A stretch of DNA of 64,000 nt from positions 620,001 through 684,000 of the forward strand of contig OZ251247.1 in the NCBI GenBank assembly GCA_965240325.2, given 5' to 3'. Shown in pieces: positions 36,226 through 48,228 of the stretch. Below the pieces are notes generated by a model, which saw only the letters and a program-made list of their open reading frames with translations, was not told the DNA's origin and did not search any database. The position numbers and the translations under genes were made by a program. Position 1 is the stretch's first letter. The number at the start of each line of letters is the position of its first letter. The DNA comes from Rebecca billardiae RCC1528 (taxonomy: Eukaryota > Protista > Haptophyta).

Positions 36226-37800
36226 TCAGGCTCCGCCGGCTCGGCCCAGCTCAGGCAGCAGGGCTGCAGCTGCTCCGGATGCGCATCGGCAGTGCCAACT
36301 CACCGCCATCAGTGCCGCCAACCTCATCTTCGGATTCCTCGTCCTCAGGCTTAGCAGTGGCCGCGCTCACGCCCCGGCCGAGCGCTGCCGACTGCTTACC
36401 GCACGCGTGCACTGCCCCGTCCGCCGTGACGTACAGTGCGTGGGTCTCAGACAGCGCGCAGTCCAGTACGCGCGCTGACTGGAAAGCCTGCATGCGCACT
36501 GGCGATCGCAGCACCCGTCCCTGGCGCGCCCCACCTCCCCGAGCTGGCCATTGCGGTTGTCCCCGAACGTGTGCACGCTGCCGTCCGCACCCAGCACAGC
36601 GCTGTTGTAATTGCCCGCGCACGCGCGCATCACGTGCACACCTGCCAGCGCCATAATGCGCCTGGGCACGCCCGCTGATTGCCAACCGTGGCCGAGCTGT
36701 CCAAGGTGACAATGTCCGAACGAGTGCACCCCGCCCGCCGCGTCCATCACCAGGCTGTGCTCTTTGCCCGCGCTCACGTGCACGGCGCGCACGCCCGCGA
36801 GCGCCTCGATGCGCGTCGGCGTGAGCTGCTTAGACTGCTGGTCGCCGTGGCCGAGCTGGCCGTCATTGCCAAAGCCGCACGAGTAGACGGCCCCACTGGT
36901 CGAGAGAAGCAGCGCGTGCCCACTCCCAGCAGCGACGCCACCCATGCGCACGCCGCCCAGCGCGTCGATGCGCGTCGGCTCCCACCGGTCCTCAATGTCG
37001 CCGTGGCCGAGCTGGCCGGAGCTGTTGTTGCCCCAGCTGTACGCACAGCCAGCAGCGGTGAGCGCGAGGCTGTGCTCGACACCGGCGGCAATGCACACGG
37101 CGAGCTGGGCGTCGAGACCCCGCGTTTGCTCGAAACACCACCGCGTCTGAGCATCTCCTAGCCCGAGCTGGCCGCAGGCGTTGTCGCCGCAGCCGTACAC
37201 GGTGCCGGCCTCGCTCAGCGCGAGCAGGTGGTCACCGCCAGCGGCCACAGAACGCACGTGCACTGCGCTGAGCGAGGCGACGCGCGTCGGCACGAGCACC
37301 ACCTCGTCTCCTGAGTGGCCGACTGCCAGGAGTGCATGATACGCGCCCGTGCCGTTCCCGACCTCGTCCCGCTCCTCCTCCTCGCCGCACGTGTGCAGCC
37401 CGCCCTCCGCGTCCACAAACGCGCTGAAGCGAATGTGAATGCTCCCGCTTGTCGCGACGGCGTGCGTGTGCGACCGCGCGAGCACGAGGATGGCCTCGCG
37501 CTGCATGAATGCGTCCGTCCACGTGCACGCGTCCACGGGCAGCCTGGACGGAAGGGCGCGCGCGTGCCCGCGTGCGCGCGCGCGCTCGCGCAGCGCGTGC
37601 TCGACCGGCGAGCGGCCGCCGGGCGCGCCGCGGAAGAGGCGCGCCGTGGCGTTGGCGCTGACGATGGCAGGGAGCGAGGCGAATGCCAGGATGCGCTCGA
37701 TGATCTCGGGGGGCAAGCTCGCCAGCTGCCGCCCCGCCGCCGCCGACGGCTCCAGCCGCGGGGATGGCGCGGAGACGTCGGTCGTGGTGGTGCGCGCCAT
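36226..37800 (-). pseudogene. F-box-like + RCC1 copy 3, frameshifted near the 3' end
   Basis: The family frame is lost after GDNRNGQLGEVG (about 36525). The conserved RVLDCALSETHALYVTADG continues in another frame, with further indels at MRI/EQL (about 36275). Confidence 0.8.
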
Positions 37801-37949
37801 TCTCCGATCGCGACGCGCCCACCGGACCGGCCACCCTAACCCGTCCGGCGTGGTGCCAAGGCGCCACGCTTCTGCCGAGTGCTTGTGATATGATGATGCT
37901 CATCAGTCATCTGAGCAGTGCTACCACTGTACTGCCCGCACCCACACAC

Positions 37950-39497
37950 TCAGCTGGCGCTCCAGCTGCCCAGCTGGAGCGGCGGAAGCTGCTCGATGCG
38001 CTTCGGCGGCCACCCCACGCCGTCAGGCTCGTCAGACGATTTCTCAGAGTCAGACTCAGACTCATCAGCGGCAGCGCTCGCGCCGAGGCCGAGCGCAGCA
38101 GACTGCCCACCACACGCGTGTGCGCCCCCGTCTTCTGAGACGTACAGCGCGTGGGTCTCACTCAGCGCGCAGTCCAGCACGCGCGCTGCCTCGAAGACCA
38201 GGGCACTGCTTTCGCCCTCGGGCACCGGCGGGCAGATTTGGCAGCAGCTGTTGTCCCCGAACGCGTGCACGCTGCCGTCCGCGCCCAGCACCACGCTGCT
38301 GTCATCTCCCGCACACGCACGCACCGCGCGCACGCCTGCCAGCGCCGCAAGACGCCTGGGCACGCGCTCGGATGAGTCGCTGCCGTGACCGAGTTGACCA
38401 AAGCGCCCAAGCCCGAACGAGTGCACCCCACCCGCTGCGTCCACCACCAGGCTGTGCAGCTTGCCCGCGCTCACGTGCACGGCGCGCACGCCCACGAGCG
38501 CCTCGATGCGCCTCGGCGTGCGCTGAGCCTGCTCAGGCTGGTCCCCATGGCCCAGCTGGCCCCAGTTGCCATAGCCGCAGGAGTAGACATCGCCACTGGC
38601 GGAGAGCAACAGCACGTGCGAGTACCCTGCGGCCAGCCCACCCACGCGCACGCCGTCCAGCGCCTCGATGCGCGTCGGCTCCCACCGCTCCTCGTTGTCA
38701 CCGTGGCCGAGCTGGCCGCAGTTGTTTAAGCCCCAGCTGTACGCACAGCCCGCGGCGGTGAGCGCGAGGCTGTGGTCAGCGCCAGCGGCAATGCACACAA
38801 CGAGCTGAGCCTCGAGGCCTCGCACTTGTCCGAATGCCCACCGCGTGACTGTGTCGCCTCGCCCGAGCTGGCCACTCCTGTTGTCGCCGCAGCCGTACAC
38901 AGCACCAGTATCGCTCAGCGCGAGCAGGTGGGCATAGCCAGCGGCCACAGCAACCACGCGCACTGCGGAGAGCGAGGCCACGCGCGCCGGCACCACGACC
39001 GCGTCTCCCGTGTGTCCGATTGCCGGGGGTGCATGGTACCAGCCCATGCCCTCCCCGTCCTCGCCAACCACCTCCACCTCGCCGCACGTGTGCAGCCCGC
39101 CCTCCGCGTCCACAAACGCACTGAAGAAAATACCCGCGCCCCCACTTGTCGCGACGGCGTGCGCGTGCGATCGCGCGAGCACGAGGATGGCCTCGCGCTG
39201 CATGAGCGCATCCGTCCATGTCCACGTGCCCACGGGTAGGCTGGCCGGAAGGGCGCGCGCGTGCCCACGCGCGCGCGCGCGCTCGCGCAGCGCGTGCTCG
39301 ACCGGCGAGCGGCCGCCGGGCGCGCCGCGGAAGAGGCGTGCCGTGGCGTTGGCGCTGACGATGGCGGGCAGCGAGGCGAACAACAGGACGCGCTCGATGA
39401 TCTCGGGGGGGAGGCTCGCCAGCTGGCGAGCCGCCCCCGCCGACGGCTCCAGCCGCGGGGGTGGCGCGGAGACGTCGGTCGTGGTGGTGCGCGCCAT
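37950..39497 (-). CDS. F-box-like + RCC1-repeat protein, copy 4 (515 aa)
   Basis: Intact ORF with the family architecture. Confidence 0.92.
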   Translation of the reverse strand: MARTTTTDVSAPPPRLEPSAGAARQLASLPPEIIERVLLFASLPAIVSANATARLFRGAPGGRSPVEHALRERARARGHARALPASLPVGTWTWTDALMQREAILVLARSHAHAVATSGGAGIFFSAFVDAEGGLHTCGEVEVVGEDGEGMGWYHAPPAIGHTGDAVVVPARVASLSAVRVVAVAAGYAHLLALSDTGAVYGCGDNRSGQLGRGDTVTRWAFGQVRGLEAQLVVCIAAGADHSLALTAAGCAYSWGLNNCGQLGHGDNEERWEPTRIEALDGVRVGGLAAGYSHVLLLSASGDVYSCGYGNWGQLGHGDQPEQAQRTPRRIEALVGVRAVHVSAGKLHSLVVDAAGGVHSFGLGRFGQLGHGSDSSERVPRRLAALAGVRAVRACAGDDSSVVLGADGSVHAFGDNSCCQICPPVPEGESSALVFEAARVLDCALSETHALYVSEDGGAHACGGQSAALGLGASAAADESESDSEKSSDEPDGVGWPPKRIEQLPPLQLGSWSAS

Positions 39498-39774
39498 TCT
39501 CCGATCGCGACGCGCCCACCGGCCAGGGGCGGCGTCGTCAGCGCGACCTGCCAGACGCGTGCTTGCGAGCAGCCGTCGTACAGTCGTAGCAAGGGCGGTA
39601 CAGTCGTAGTCGTAGATTGAAGAGTAGCGGTCGTCATCGTAAGTACAGTACCGTTACCGTACAGTGCTGTACAGTCTGGTGGCAGGGCGTGCTGTAGCTT
39701 AGTAATGAAGTGACGATACCGTGACCAGCACGCACGACAAATGCATGCTGCCAAGTGCATGCCCGCACCCACGC

Positions 39775-41259
39775 TCAGCTGGCGCTCCGACTGCCCAGCT
39801 GCAGCGGCGGCAGCTGCTCGATGCGCATCGGCGGCCGCCACATGGCGATCTCATTGGCCGTGCTCGCGCCGATGCCGAGCGCAGCCGACTGCTCGCCGCA
39901 CACGTGCACTGCCCCATCCGCTGTGGCGTACAGCGCGTGTCTGTCACACAGCACACAGTCCAGCACACGCACTGGCTCGAAGGCCTGGACACGGAGCGGC
40001 AGCAATGCCCACCATGGGGACGAGGCCTGGCAGAACAGGCCCTTGAGGTTGCCCCCGAACGCGTGCACGCTGCCGTCCGCGCCCAGCACCGCGCTGGTAT
40101 GATCAGTCGCGCACACACGCACCGCGCGCACGCCCGCCAGCGCAGCAATGCGCCTGGGCACGCGCTCGGATGATTCGGTACCGTGACCAAGCTGGCCATG
40201 CTCCCCCGACCCGAACGAGTGCACCCCGCCCACCGCGTCCACCACCAGGCTGTGCGCACCGCCCGCGCTCACGTGCACGGCGCGCACGCCAGCGAGCGCC
40301 TCGATGCGCCTAGCAGTGAGCTGGTCCCGCCTGTCGCCGTGGCCGAGCTGGCCGTACTCACCCCAGCCGCACGAGTAAACAGCGCCATCTGAGGAGAGCA
40401 GGAGCGCGTGCGCATGGCCGGCTGACAGCCCACCCACGCGCACGCCATCCAGCGCCTCGATGCGCGTCGGCTCCCACCGGTCCTTCCTGTCGCCGTGGCC
40501 GAGCTGGCCACAGTCGCCCCAGCCCCAGCTGTACGCACACCCAGCGGCGGTGAGCGCGAGGCTGTGGTACTCGGCGGCAGCAATGCATGCGACGAGCTGA
40601 GGCTCCAACCCGCGGACTAGCTCGAACAGCCGCCGCGTGCCCGTGTCCCCCAGCCCAAGCTGGCCGCGGTCGTTCTTGCCTCAGCCGTACGCGGCGCCGG
40701 CCTCGCTCAGCGCGAGCAGGTGGGCAAAGCCAGCAGCCACAGAACGCACGCGCACCGCGGAGAGCGAGGCCACGCGCGTCGGCACGAGCACCATTGCACC
40801 CTTCGGGTGACCAGCTGCCGAAGGCACCAGCAACTCGTCCGTAAACGCCCCTGCCTCGTTGTGCCACACCTCCTCCTCGCCGCACGTGTGCAGCCCGCCC
40901 TCCGCGTCCACAAACGCGCTGAAGCGAATGCGAATGAGCCCACTTGTCGCGATCGCGTGTGTGTGCGACCACGCGAGCGAGAGGATGGCCTCGCGATGCA
41001 TGAGTGCGTCCGTCCACGTGCACGCGTCCACGGGCAGGCTGGCCGGAAGGGCGCGCGCGTGCCCACGCGCGCGCGCGCGCTCGCGCAGCGCGCGCTCGAC
41101 CGGCGAGCGGCTGCCGGGCGCGCCGCGGAAGAGGCGCGCCGTGGCGTTGGCGCTGACGATGGCAGGGAGCGAGGCGAATGCCAGGATGCGCTCGATGATC
41201 TCGGGGGGCAGGCTCGCCAGCTGCATCGCCGCCGAAGACGACGGGTTGGTGCGCGCCAT
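39775..41259 (-). pseudogene. F-box-like + RCC1 copy 5 with a single in-frame TGA at a conserved Cys codon (pseudogene, or recoded)
   Basis: AAYG*GKNDRGQLG versus VYGCGDN in paralogues. TGA at 40683-40681; the frame is otherwise open for 495 codons. Confidence 0.75.
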
Positions 41260-41368
41260 TCAGTCCGACCGCCGCGGAGGAACCTGATTGGCCAACGGCG
41301 AATTCGGAAAGCAGCTGCTGCCGGTGGTCCGGGGCACGGGTGGGCAGCCCCCCACTCGAGCCGCCACG

Positions 41369-41908
41369 ATGGCGTCCGTTTCGCGCTCTGCGCTCTTTGC
41401 GGCCGCCCTCGTGGGCGGCGCGAGCGCGTTCTCCGCGCCGGCGCTCGGGCTCGCGCGCAGGGCGCCGATCGTGTGTGGCGCAAGCGCCTTCCCCCCGCCG
41501 CCGCCCACGCTGGCGCGCGCGGCGCCGGCGCGCGCGCACGCGGGCGCGCGCACGGCGCGCATGGGCCTCATGGACGCTTTTAAGAAGGCCTTCGCGAACG
41601 AGGAGTTCAGCGACAGGGCGGCCAAGGCGTCGCACATCCTCTTCAAGGGCGGAGACGCCGCCGACGCCGCCAACGCCGTGCTCGCGCGCATCGAGGCGGG
41701 CGACATCTCCTTCGCCGACGCGGCGCGCCAGTACAGCGAGTGCCCGAGCCGGTCGCGCGGCGGCTCGCTCGGACAGTTCGAGCCGGGGCAGATGGTGCGC
41801 GAGTTCGACGCGGTCGTCTTCGACCCGGCGACCGCGATCGGCGAGATCCGCACCGTCGAGACGCAGTTCGGCACGCACCTCGTGCGGGTCGACGCGCGCT
41901 CGGGCTAG
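41369..41908 (+). CDS. Parvulin-type (PpiC/rotamase) peptidyl-prolyl isomerase, plastid-targeted
   Basis: AKASHIL, FADAARQYSECPSRSRGGSLGQF, MVREFD and VETQFGTHL motifs. Signal peptide plus ASAFSAP motif followed by an Arg/Ala-rich transit peptide. Confidence 0.93.
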   Translation: MASVSRSALFAAALVGGASAFSAPALGLARRAPIVCGASAFPPPPPTLARAAPARAHAGARTARMGLMDAFKKAFANEEFSDRAAKASHILFKGGDAADAANAVLARIEAGDISFADAARQYSECPSRSRGGSLGQFEPGQMVREFDAVVFDPATAIGEIRTVETQFGTHLVRVDARSG

Positions 41909-42121
41909 TCCGTAGTCGGCGGGCCCACGCAGTCAGTGGCTGACTCGTAGAGGGGTCAGAGCCCCACTGGGGGCTGCGTGGCCCAAAATCCAACTTCCTG
42001 TCGTCTTGAGATGATCGAGGCTCTCAATGACCTCGGGATGTCAATATTCGCCTGAAATGACCTGGGGTCACTCTGACAAGTAGTTTGCGACGAAAACATG
42101 TCGTCGCATCTAATTCTAAGT

Positions 42122-44336
42122 TAGGGGGCGGGCCAAATAAGTGGCACTGTGACGTGACTGACGGCTACGAGCGCTGGTCCTAGCGAGTGTTTAGCGCTGA
42201 CTTCGGGCTGGATCATATGCCCTCTGGAGGGGTCTGGGCCAGTCAAGTAAAAAAAGCAGGTGCACATACCCTGAATATAGGGCGCAACGGCTAGCATATT
42301 TACTTACAAGTCTTATTAGAATGAGCCTGAACTTATTGGAAACGGCATGTAACGGCTGTCTTATATGTGACATATAGACCATGTCGACTTCGTCACTTTG
42401 ATAGAGCATCTCGGCGAGATCGTTCTGAGTCCCCAGCAGCAGCAGGTCCCAACATGCGATATAGGCAGTGTACTGGCAGGCTGTCAAACACGTAGTTTCC
42501 CGGAAGCCATATTGGTCGTTACATACCCACCGTGTATATGAAGACGCCATGCTGATGAATACAGTCTCGTCTGATCTCGAGCCGCGATTGATGGCTCTGG
42601 CTTCGGTTGACCCCTGCCAGAGACGGGCACTGTGAGCTCCTTCATGAAGTCACTCGCGAAAACTGCACAGGAGGACCTCAACGGATGCCTAGATGATGAC
42701 TTCAGAGCGATATTGGGCCAACAAGCACTTCCTCTATAGTTCAGACTCTATTTTTACTATGTATTTACCCATTTCAGACTCTGGTCAGAACACGGTCCGG
42801 GAGCGATCCGGATGCACCCGTAGCTATTGGAAATATGTCACCGGACTGGGTAAATAGCTATGAAAAATAGAGTCTGAAGTAGTCACAAACTGAGTTTCAC
42901 ACCCTGGGCACTTATTGGCCATCCATAGTAACAAGTAACCCTACTTGGAGCCCTGTGGGACACTTCGGGCGTTCATTCGGCCGCAGGAATGCGAACATCA
43001 TTTTCGGTACGCCCTGTTTCTATGACCGGACTGGCAGGGGTCAACCGGAGCCAGAGCCTGATACGTTTTCAGACTGTGTATACGGCCATGCGTACGGCGT
43101 ATTGCAGACATAGTAGACCCAAAGCACCGGCCCCATGTCCTCAGCCCGGGAGTACTCTCGGTCATAATCAAGGTGTAAAGTCACTCGAGCCAACCGTCAC
43201 CGCTCCATGGCCGAGACCTACGAGGCAGGTCAAATCTGTCGTCGTCGCAGTGCGGCACAGCAGTGCCGAGCATGCGATTCGGCAGCAAACGCCTGCTCCA
43301 GGTGGTGGCTGGCGTCTCTGCACCAAACCAGGCCGGATGGGATCGGTCCATATATGTACGCCCTACCCTGTTCCGCGCTATTTCTGGGCGTTGGGGCGGA
43401 TATTCGGCCTACAGAGGCTGATCCGGCGCTGTTCGGCGCTCCTGTCTGGCTGCGCGGAGCCCAATGGCAAGCGCCGGCGTGTGCAAGGTGTCAAGATTGA
43501 GACGGTCTCTGACGCTCCCGCCGGTCTTGGGCGCACCACGGTGCATTGAGGCCCATCTGCGTCTGCTTCTGCAGGCATGCGCGTCACAGGGGCGCGCTTG
43601 TAGGCACGGTCGAGTGCACGTCGGACCTGTCGAATGAGCCATCCGCTGCCTGCGAGCACGTCCGCGACGTCCTGAGAGGCGAATGGGAGGCGCCCCGACG
43701 CCATCTGGGGGCACGCGTGACCCATACTCAACGTGCTGACCATCGCAAGTGCCACGGCAGGTGCAAACACGGGCCCTACGAGCGGAACATGACAGTTGCG
43801 GGCTCCGCGGAGGTGTTGCGCGCGAGCTCGCGCCGGTCTGCTGACGGCGATTCCGGCGCAGCAGGGCAGGTTAGGCGAGCTGGGCATCCACGGATACACA
43901 TGAACACTTGGGGCGAGCATCGATCTCGCCGGGGCGAGTTGATCTTGAGCCACAAGGAGGGGTAGCGTGACGGGCGTACGCAGCACAGCAATTCAAGCCG
44001 GCCGACGCGCGCCGCGCACGGCGCGAGGTGGCCAAGAACCGGGTGGTGAGCCGCTGGTGGCGCAAAGACAAGGGTCAGAAGCGCCCACCAGCGTCACGCG
44101 CGCGCGCTCCCGAGACCATCTCGGCGTATCATGGGACGCGAGCGCGCGGCGGTCCACTGCCTCCGGCCGCTCGTGCTCGAGCGGAACCGAGCTCTGAGCG
44201 CCCGAAGCCCCGAACGCGTCGGAGCTCGATTTTCGGGCGGGGTCCAGGCTCCGCGCCACCCTAAAAGGCCGAGGGAGGAGCGAAAATGCGCCGCGGCTTT
44301 GATTTTCTTTTTTGAATGAGCGGTTTGGCCCCCCTA
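42122..44336. mobile_element. hAT-like non-autonomous element, copy A (with nested MITE)
   Basis: Colinear with 48229-49946; ends TAGGGGGCGGGCCAAA and TTTGGCCCCCCTA; TSD not preserved. Confidence 0.85.
42593..43058. mobile_element. 466-bp MITE, 28-bp TIR, 4-bp TSD TGAT
   Basis: GGCTCTGGCTTCGGTTGACCCCTGCCAG and CTGGCAGGGGTCAACCGGAGCCAGAGCC (1 mismatch). TGAT at 42589-42592 and 43059-43062. Absent from copy B (about 48670). Inner inverted repeat at 42740-42771 / 42847-42878. Confidence 0.92.
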
Positions 44337-44381
44337 ATCCAATATTACTACAGTACGTAGTATATATATATATATATATAT

Positions 44382-45921
44382 GTCTAGCCACTCCGCCATG
44401 CCCGGCTCGTACAAGGCGTCGGGTACGAATGGACTCTGGAGCTGGATGGTCGCGGCGCGCGGCGTCGTGGAGTAGACAGACCACAATGATCAATCATGGA
44501 ACGATCAGGTTAGCTATGTTGGGATTTGAGCAACGAACGACAGCGGGCGCTGGCAGCGGCGTGGCGGTTGAGCTGCTGCCCGAGGTCGAGAGGGCGCCCG
44601 CGAGTCGTCAGTCACTGAGCAAGGTCGATTAAGGCTGATGGCTCGCTGACACTGCAGTGCTTCCATATCCGCCAGAGGCCGAGGGTGGGCGGGCGGGCAA
44701 ACGATGAAGCGTGCGGGTTGACGCGACAGCGGCGAGAGCAAGAGACCATTGCATGAGGGGCGACGCGGCGAAGACAGATGATGACGTCGCGCCGCCGAAC
44801 GATCAGGCGGGGAGCCGGGCCACACAGACAGCCAGCGACCTTACCGAGCAGAGGGGCTGCGGCGACTGCGGTGCACCTCCTGCAGCGGAGCGTGCACCCG
44901 GCAGTGCCCGATGCAGGCGATTCCCTTGCCCAGCTCGGCGCCTTCGTCGTGAGCAGCCCCATGGCGCCCCCGACAGTGAAGCCTGATCGATCCGATGTGA
45001 GCGGTAACCAACCGAGTCCTGCAGGTGCGCCGCTGTGGGCCAGATTGGCAGCGCACCAGGACTCCTGCGCGCGGCGGTGCGCACAGGACAACGCAGGAAT
45101 GCCGTGCGAGCCGGATTCTTGGCGTCGCTCATAGACACTCAGTTATAGGTTCCCTATAACGCCACGTCTAGCCACTCCGCCATGCCCGGCTCGTACAAGG
45201 CGTCGGGTACGAATGGACTCTGGAGCTGGATGGTCGCGGCGCGCGGCGTCGTGGAGTAGACAGACCACAATGATCAATCATGGAACGATCAGGTTAGCTA
45301 TGTTGGGATTTGAGCAACGAACGACAGCGGGCGCTGGCAGCGGCGTGGCGGTTGAGCTGCTGCCCGAGGTCGAGAGGGCGCCCGCGAGTCCCGTTTATAA
45401 GTTGGAGCGGGCGTCCAAGTAGTCGTTGATGAATCCCGTTTAGAAATAGAAGAGACGAGGACTGCGCGGCCGCGCGCGCACGATCGATCGCGACGCGCGG
45501 CGAGCAGACACGCGTCAGAGTGCGCCGCACCCGCGCGACGCACGGGCGCGAGGCGAGCGCGTATCTCAAACGATGAAGCGTGCGGGTTGACGCGACAGCG
45601 GCGAGAGCAAGAGACCATTGCATGAGGGGCGACGCGGCGAAGACAGATGATGACGTCGCGCCGCCGAACGATCAGGCGGGGAGCCGGGCCACACAGACAG
45701 CCAGCGACCTTACCGAGCAGATTGGGGCTGCGGCGACTGCGGTGCACCTCCTGCAGCGGAGCGTGCACCCGGCAGTGCCCGATGCAGGCGATTCCCTTGC
45801 CCAGCTCGGCGCCTTCGTCGTGAGCAGCCCCATGGCGCCCCCGAGAGTGAAGCCTGATCGATCCGATGTGAGCGGTAACCAACCGAGTCCTGCAGGTGTT
45901 ATAGGTTCCCTATAACGCCAC
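44382..45921. mobile_element. Head-to-tail dimer of a ~770-bp TIR-less element inserted in (AT)n
   Basis: Unit GTCTAGCCACTCCGCC...GTTATAGGTTCCCTATAACGCCAC at about 44382-45165 and 45166-45921. Terminal hairpin GTTATAGG-TTC-CCTATAAC; the copies carry different internal segments. Confidence 0.7.
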
Positions 45922-46028
45922 ATATAGTACTACACACACACACACACATATATATATACATCATATATTATGATGAGTTGATATGCTGATGGTAAAAACT
46001 GGTCCGCCGACCCCTTATTCCTTGCTCG

Positions 46029-47840
46029 TCATCGCGGCGCCGATGGCAAGCCGGCTGACAGGGCTGGACACGCCAGCGGGGCGTCCTTCCCGCCAAAGGG
46101 TTTCAGCCGCATGGGTTGCCTACACTGCCGCTCGCGCGCGTCGGGCCCTTGGTCGCCGCCGCGCCGCCGCGCGTGCTTGCCGCCGAGCCGGAAGCTGTGT
46201 GCCAGCCGGTCGCAGCACGCAGAGTTGAGATTCACAATGTCCTGCCCGTGCAGGCACGCGATCTCGGACAGCTTCAGGCCGTACCCGCCGCCGCCGTAGA
46301 AGAAGCGCTCGCCCGCGTGCAGCGCGTGCACCAGCTCGTCGTCCGGGTGCCCCCCCAGCCGCAGCGTGACCGTGGCGCCACCGCGCGCCTCGAAGTAGCG
46401 CCGGAGCGCGAGCACGTACAGGCACGACTTGGTCACACTCTCCTGGGCGGCCGTTACGTAACGGCCATCCCCCAGCCCGAGCTGCCCGACGCCGCCGGCG
46501 TGCGCAGCGGCCATCAGCGTGAGCTTCTTGTTGCCCACGCAGTCCAAGCTCTGCAGCGGCAGCACGTACGCGTTCCACACCGCCGGGCCCCCGCGCGGGT
46601 AGAAGTACGCCTGCCGCCGCAGCATCTGTGCGAGCGAGTCCGGGGCTTCGTCGATCACGTCGCCGATGCGCAGGTGGATGGTGGCTGCCGACTGCGCGGG
46701 CTCGCGGCGGGTGGCGCGGGTGGCGTTGGGCGGCAGGCGGCGGCTCGCGACCCGATACAGCTCGCGGTGGTCGGCCCACGTCCGCGCCCACGACGGCGCG
46801 CGCCGGCCGCGCCACGCCTCGAGCTGCGCCACGATGAACTCGGCCGCCAGCGAGCCGTTGAACTCTGCGCACACGCGGCCGCACTCGCGCCGCTTCCACG
46901 GGAAGTCCTTGCCGATAAAGTCGGCGAGGCGGTAGCGCTCCCAGCCACTGGGCGGGCGGAAGCGGCGCAGGAACGCCTCGTCGTAGCACGGCGCGCTCTC
47001 TCGCTGCACCCGCGCGGCGGTGGCGCACTCGGCGGCGACCTCTGGCCAGCCAGGCGGTCGCTGCCCGCCGAGCGCACACGGCCGTGAGGTCTTGCCCCTG
47101 AGGAACCGTGTGGGATCGCCGCCGGCGGCGAGCACGCGCCAGCGCTTCGAGCGGCCAGACTGGGCGAATGCGAGCGTGGCCGGGTGGATGAAGCTCAGCA
47201 GCTCGCGCCCCGAGAGCACGAACTCCTGGCCGACGCCGCAGCACGAGCCGGCGAAGGAGCACGCGCACGCGAACGCTGAGCGCTCCGTGCTGCGCAGTAG
47301 CGGCGCCACGTGCTCCAGCCACGCGGGGGTGAGGCCGGTGGGCGAGCCGATCTCGGTGACGATGCGCATGTCCACGCGCGCCAGCGCCGCCGCGCTCATC
47401 AGGTCCCGGAGCGGCCCGATCTGGCTCGGGCAGCTGAACGCGATGACGCGGGGCGCTGTCGCATTCGGGGCGCCACCGCCCCCCCTCCAGGTGCGGGGAA
47501 AATCGAGCAGGCGTCGCGAGAGCTGCGAGGGCGAGACGTCCTGCTCGGCGTACGCGCTGGAGAGCTTGGTCACGTAGTCGGGCACCCACATGCACGCGTC
47601 GCACTCGTTCATCAGCTGCACCCACATCCGCACGGCGTTGGTGAGCACGCACACGTACCGCTGCCGCAGGGAGTAGAACGCCTTCGGGGCGCGGTGAGCG
47701 TCGTACACGTCAGGGTCCGCCGCGAGCTTTGCCGGGTCGGCCATCGTCGGCCTGGGGTCAGCGGGGGCGACCCCGTGCAGTCCCCACGTGATGCAGAGCG
47801 CGGCGACGACAGCCGCGCCTCGACCAGCGCGCGCGGCCAT
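46029..47840 (-). CDS. Secretory-pathway protein, putative fucosyltransferase-like glycosyltransferase (603 aa, intronless)
   Basis: N-terminal hydrophobic signal or anchor (AAVVAALCITWGLHG). ATIHLRIGDVI resembles the HxRxGD GDP-fucose-binding motif of GT11/GT23/O-FucT families; downstream PDDELVHAL...FFYGGGGYG. Confidence 0.65.
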   Translation of the reverse strand: MAARAGRGAAVVAALCITWGLHGVAPADPRPTMADPAKLAADPDVYDAHRAPKAFYSLRQRYVCVLTNAVRMWVQLMNECDACMWVPDYVTKLSSAYAEQDVSPSQLSRRLLDFPRTWRGGGGAPNATAPRVIAFSCPSQIGPLRDLMSAAALARVDMRIVTEIGSPTGLTPAWLEHVAPLLRSTERSAFACACSFAGSCCGVGQEFVLSGRELLSFIHPATLAFAQSGRSKRWRVLAAGGDPTRFLRGKTSRPCALGGQRPPGWPEVAAECATAARVQRESAPCYDEAFLRRFRPPSGWERYRLADFIGKDFPWKRRECGRVCAEFNGSLAAEFIVAQLEAWRGRRAPSWARTWADHRELYRVASRRLPPNATRATRREPAQSAATIHLRIGDVIDEAPDSLAQMLRRQAYFYPRGGPAVWNAYVLPLQSLDCVGNKKLTLMAAAHAGGVGQLGLGDGRYVTAAQESVTKSCLYVLALRRYFEARGGATVTLRLGGHPDDELVHALHAGERFFYGGGGYGLKLSEIACLHGQDIVNLNSACCDRLAHSFRLGGKHARRRGGDQGPDARERQCRQPMRLKPFGGKDAPLACPALSAGLPSAPR

Positions 47841-48228
47841 TAGTGACGACGAGGCATCATAATACTTGTAAGCTGCAAATTGCGAGTGATTAGGAATCTT
47901 TCGTCGTCGTCATTTGTAGCACGGGTAAGCAAGCACTGCACCTGCAGGGCCGACCCTTACGATCTACTACGACTATGATACAGTCTCGAAGTCTGCCTCC
48001 TAGAGTTTTCAAAACAACTCTTGCATATACCACATACATTGCTGACTGACACCGCGCAGTACACTGTACGTAAAGTATCATGATACAGCATGCAGTAGTA
48101 TCTGTACTTATTTCTACGGCATCCGCCAGATCCGGCTGCATGCCGTTGTCATCATCGTCGTCGCCCGACGTTTTCGTGCGCCAAGGGTGGCCACACGCCC
48201 ACACCCGAACAACGTGCACACTGCCAGG

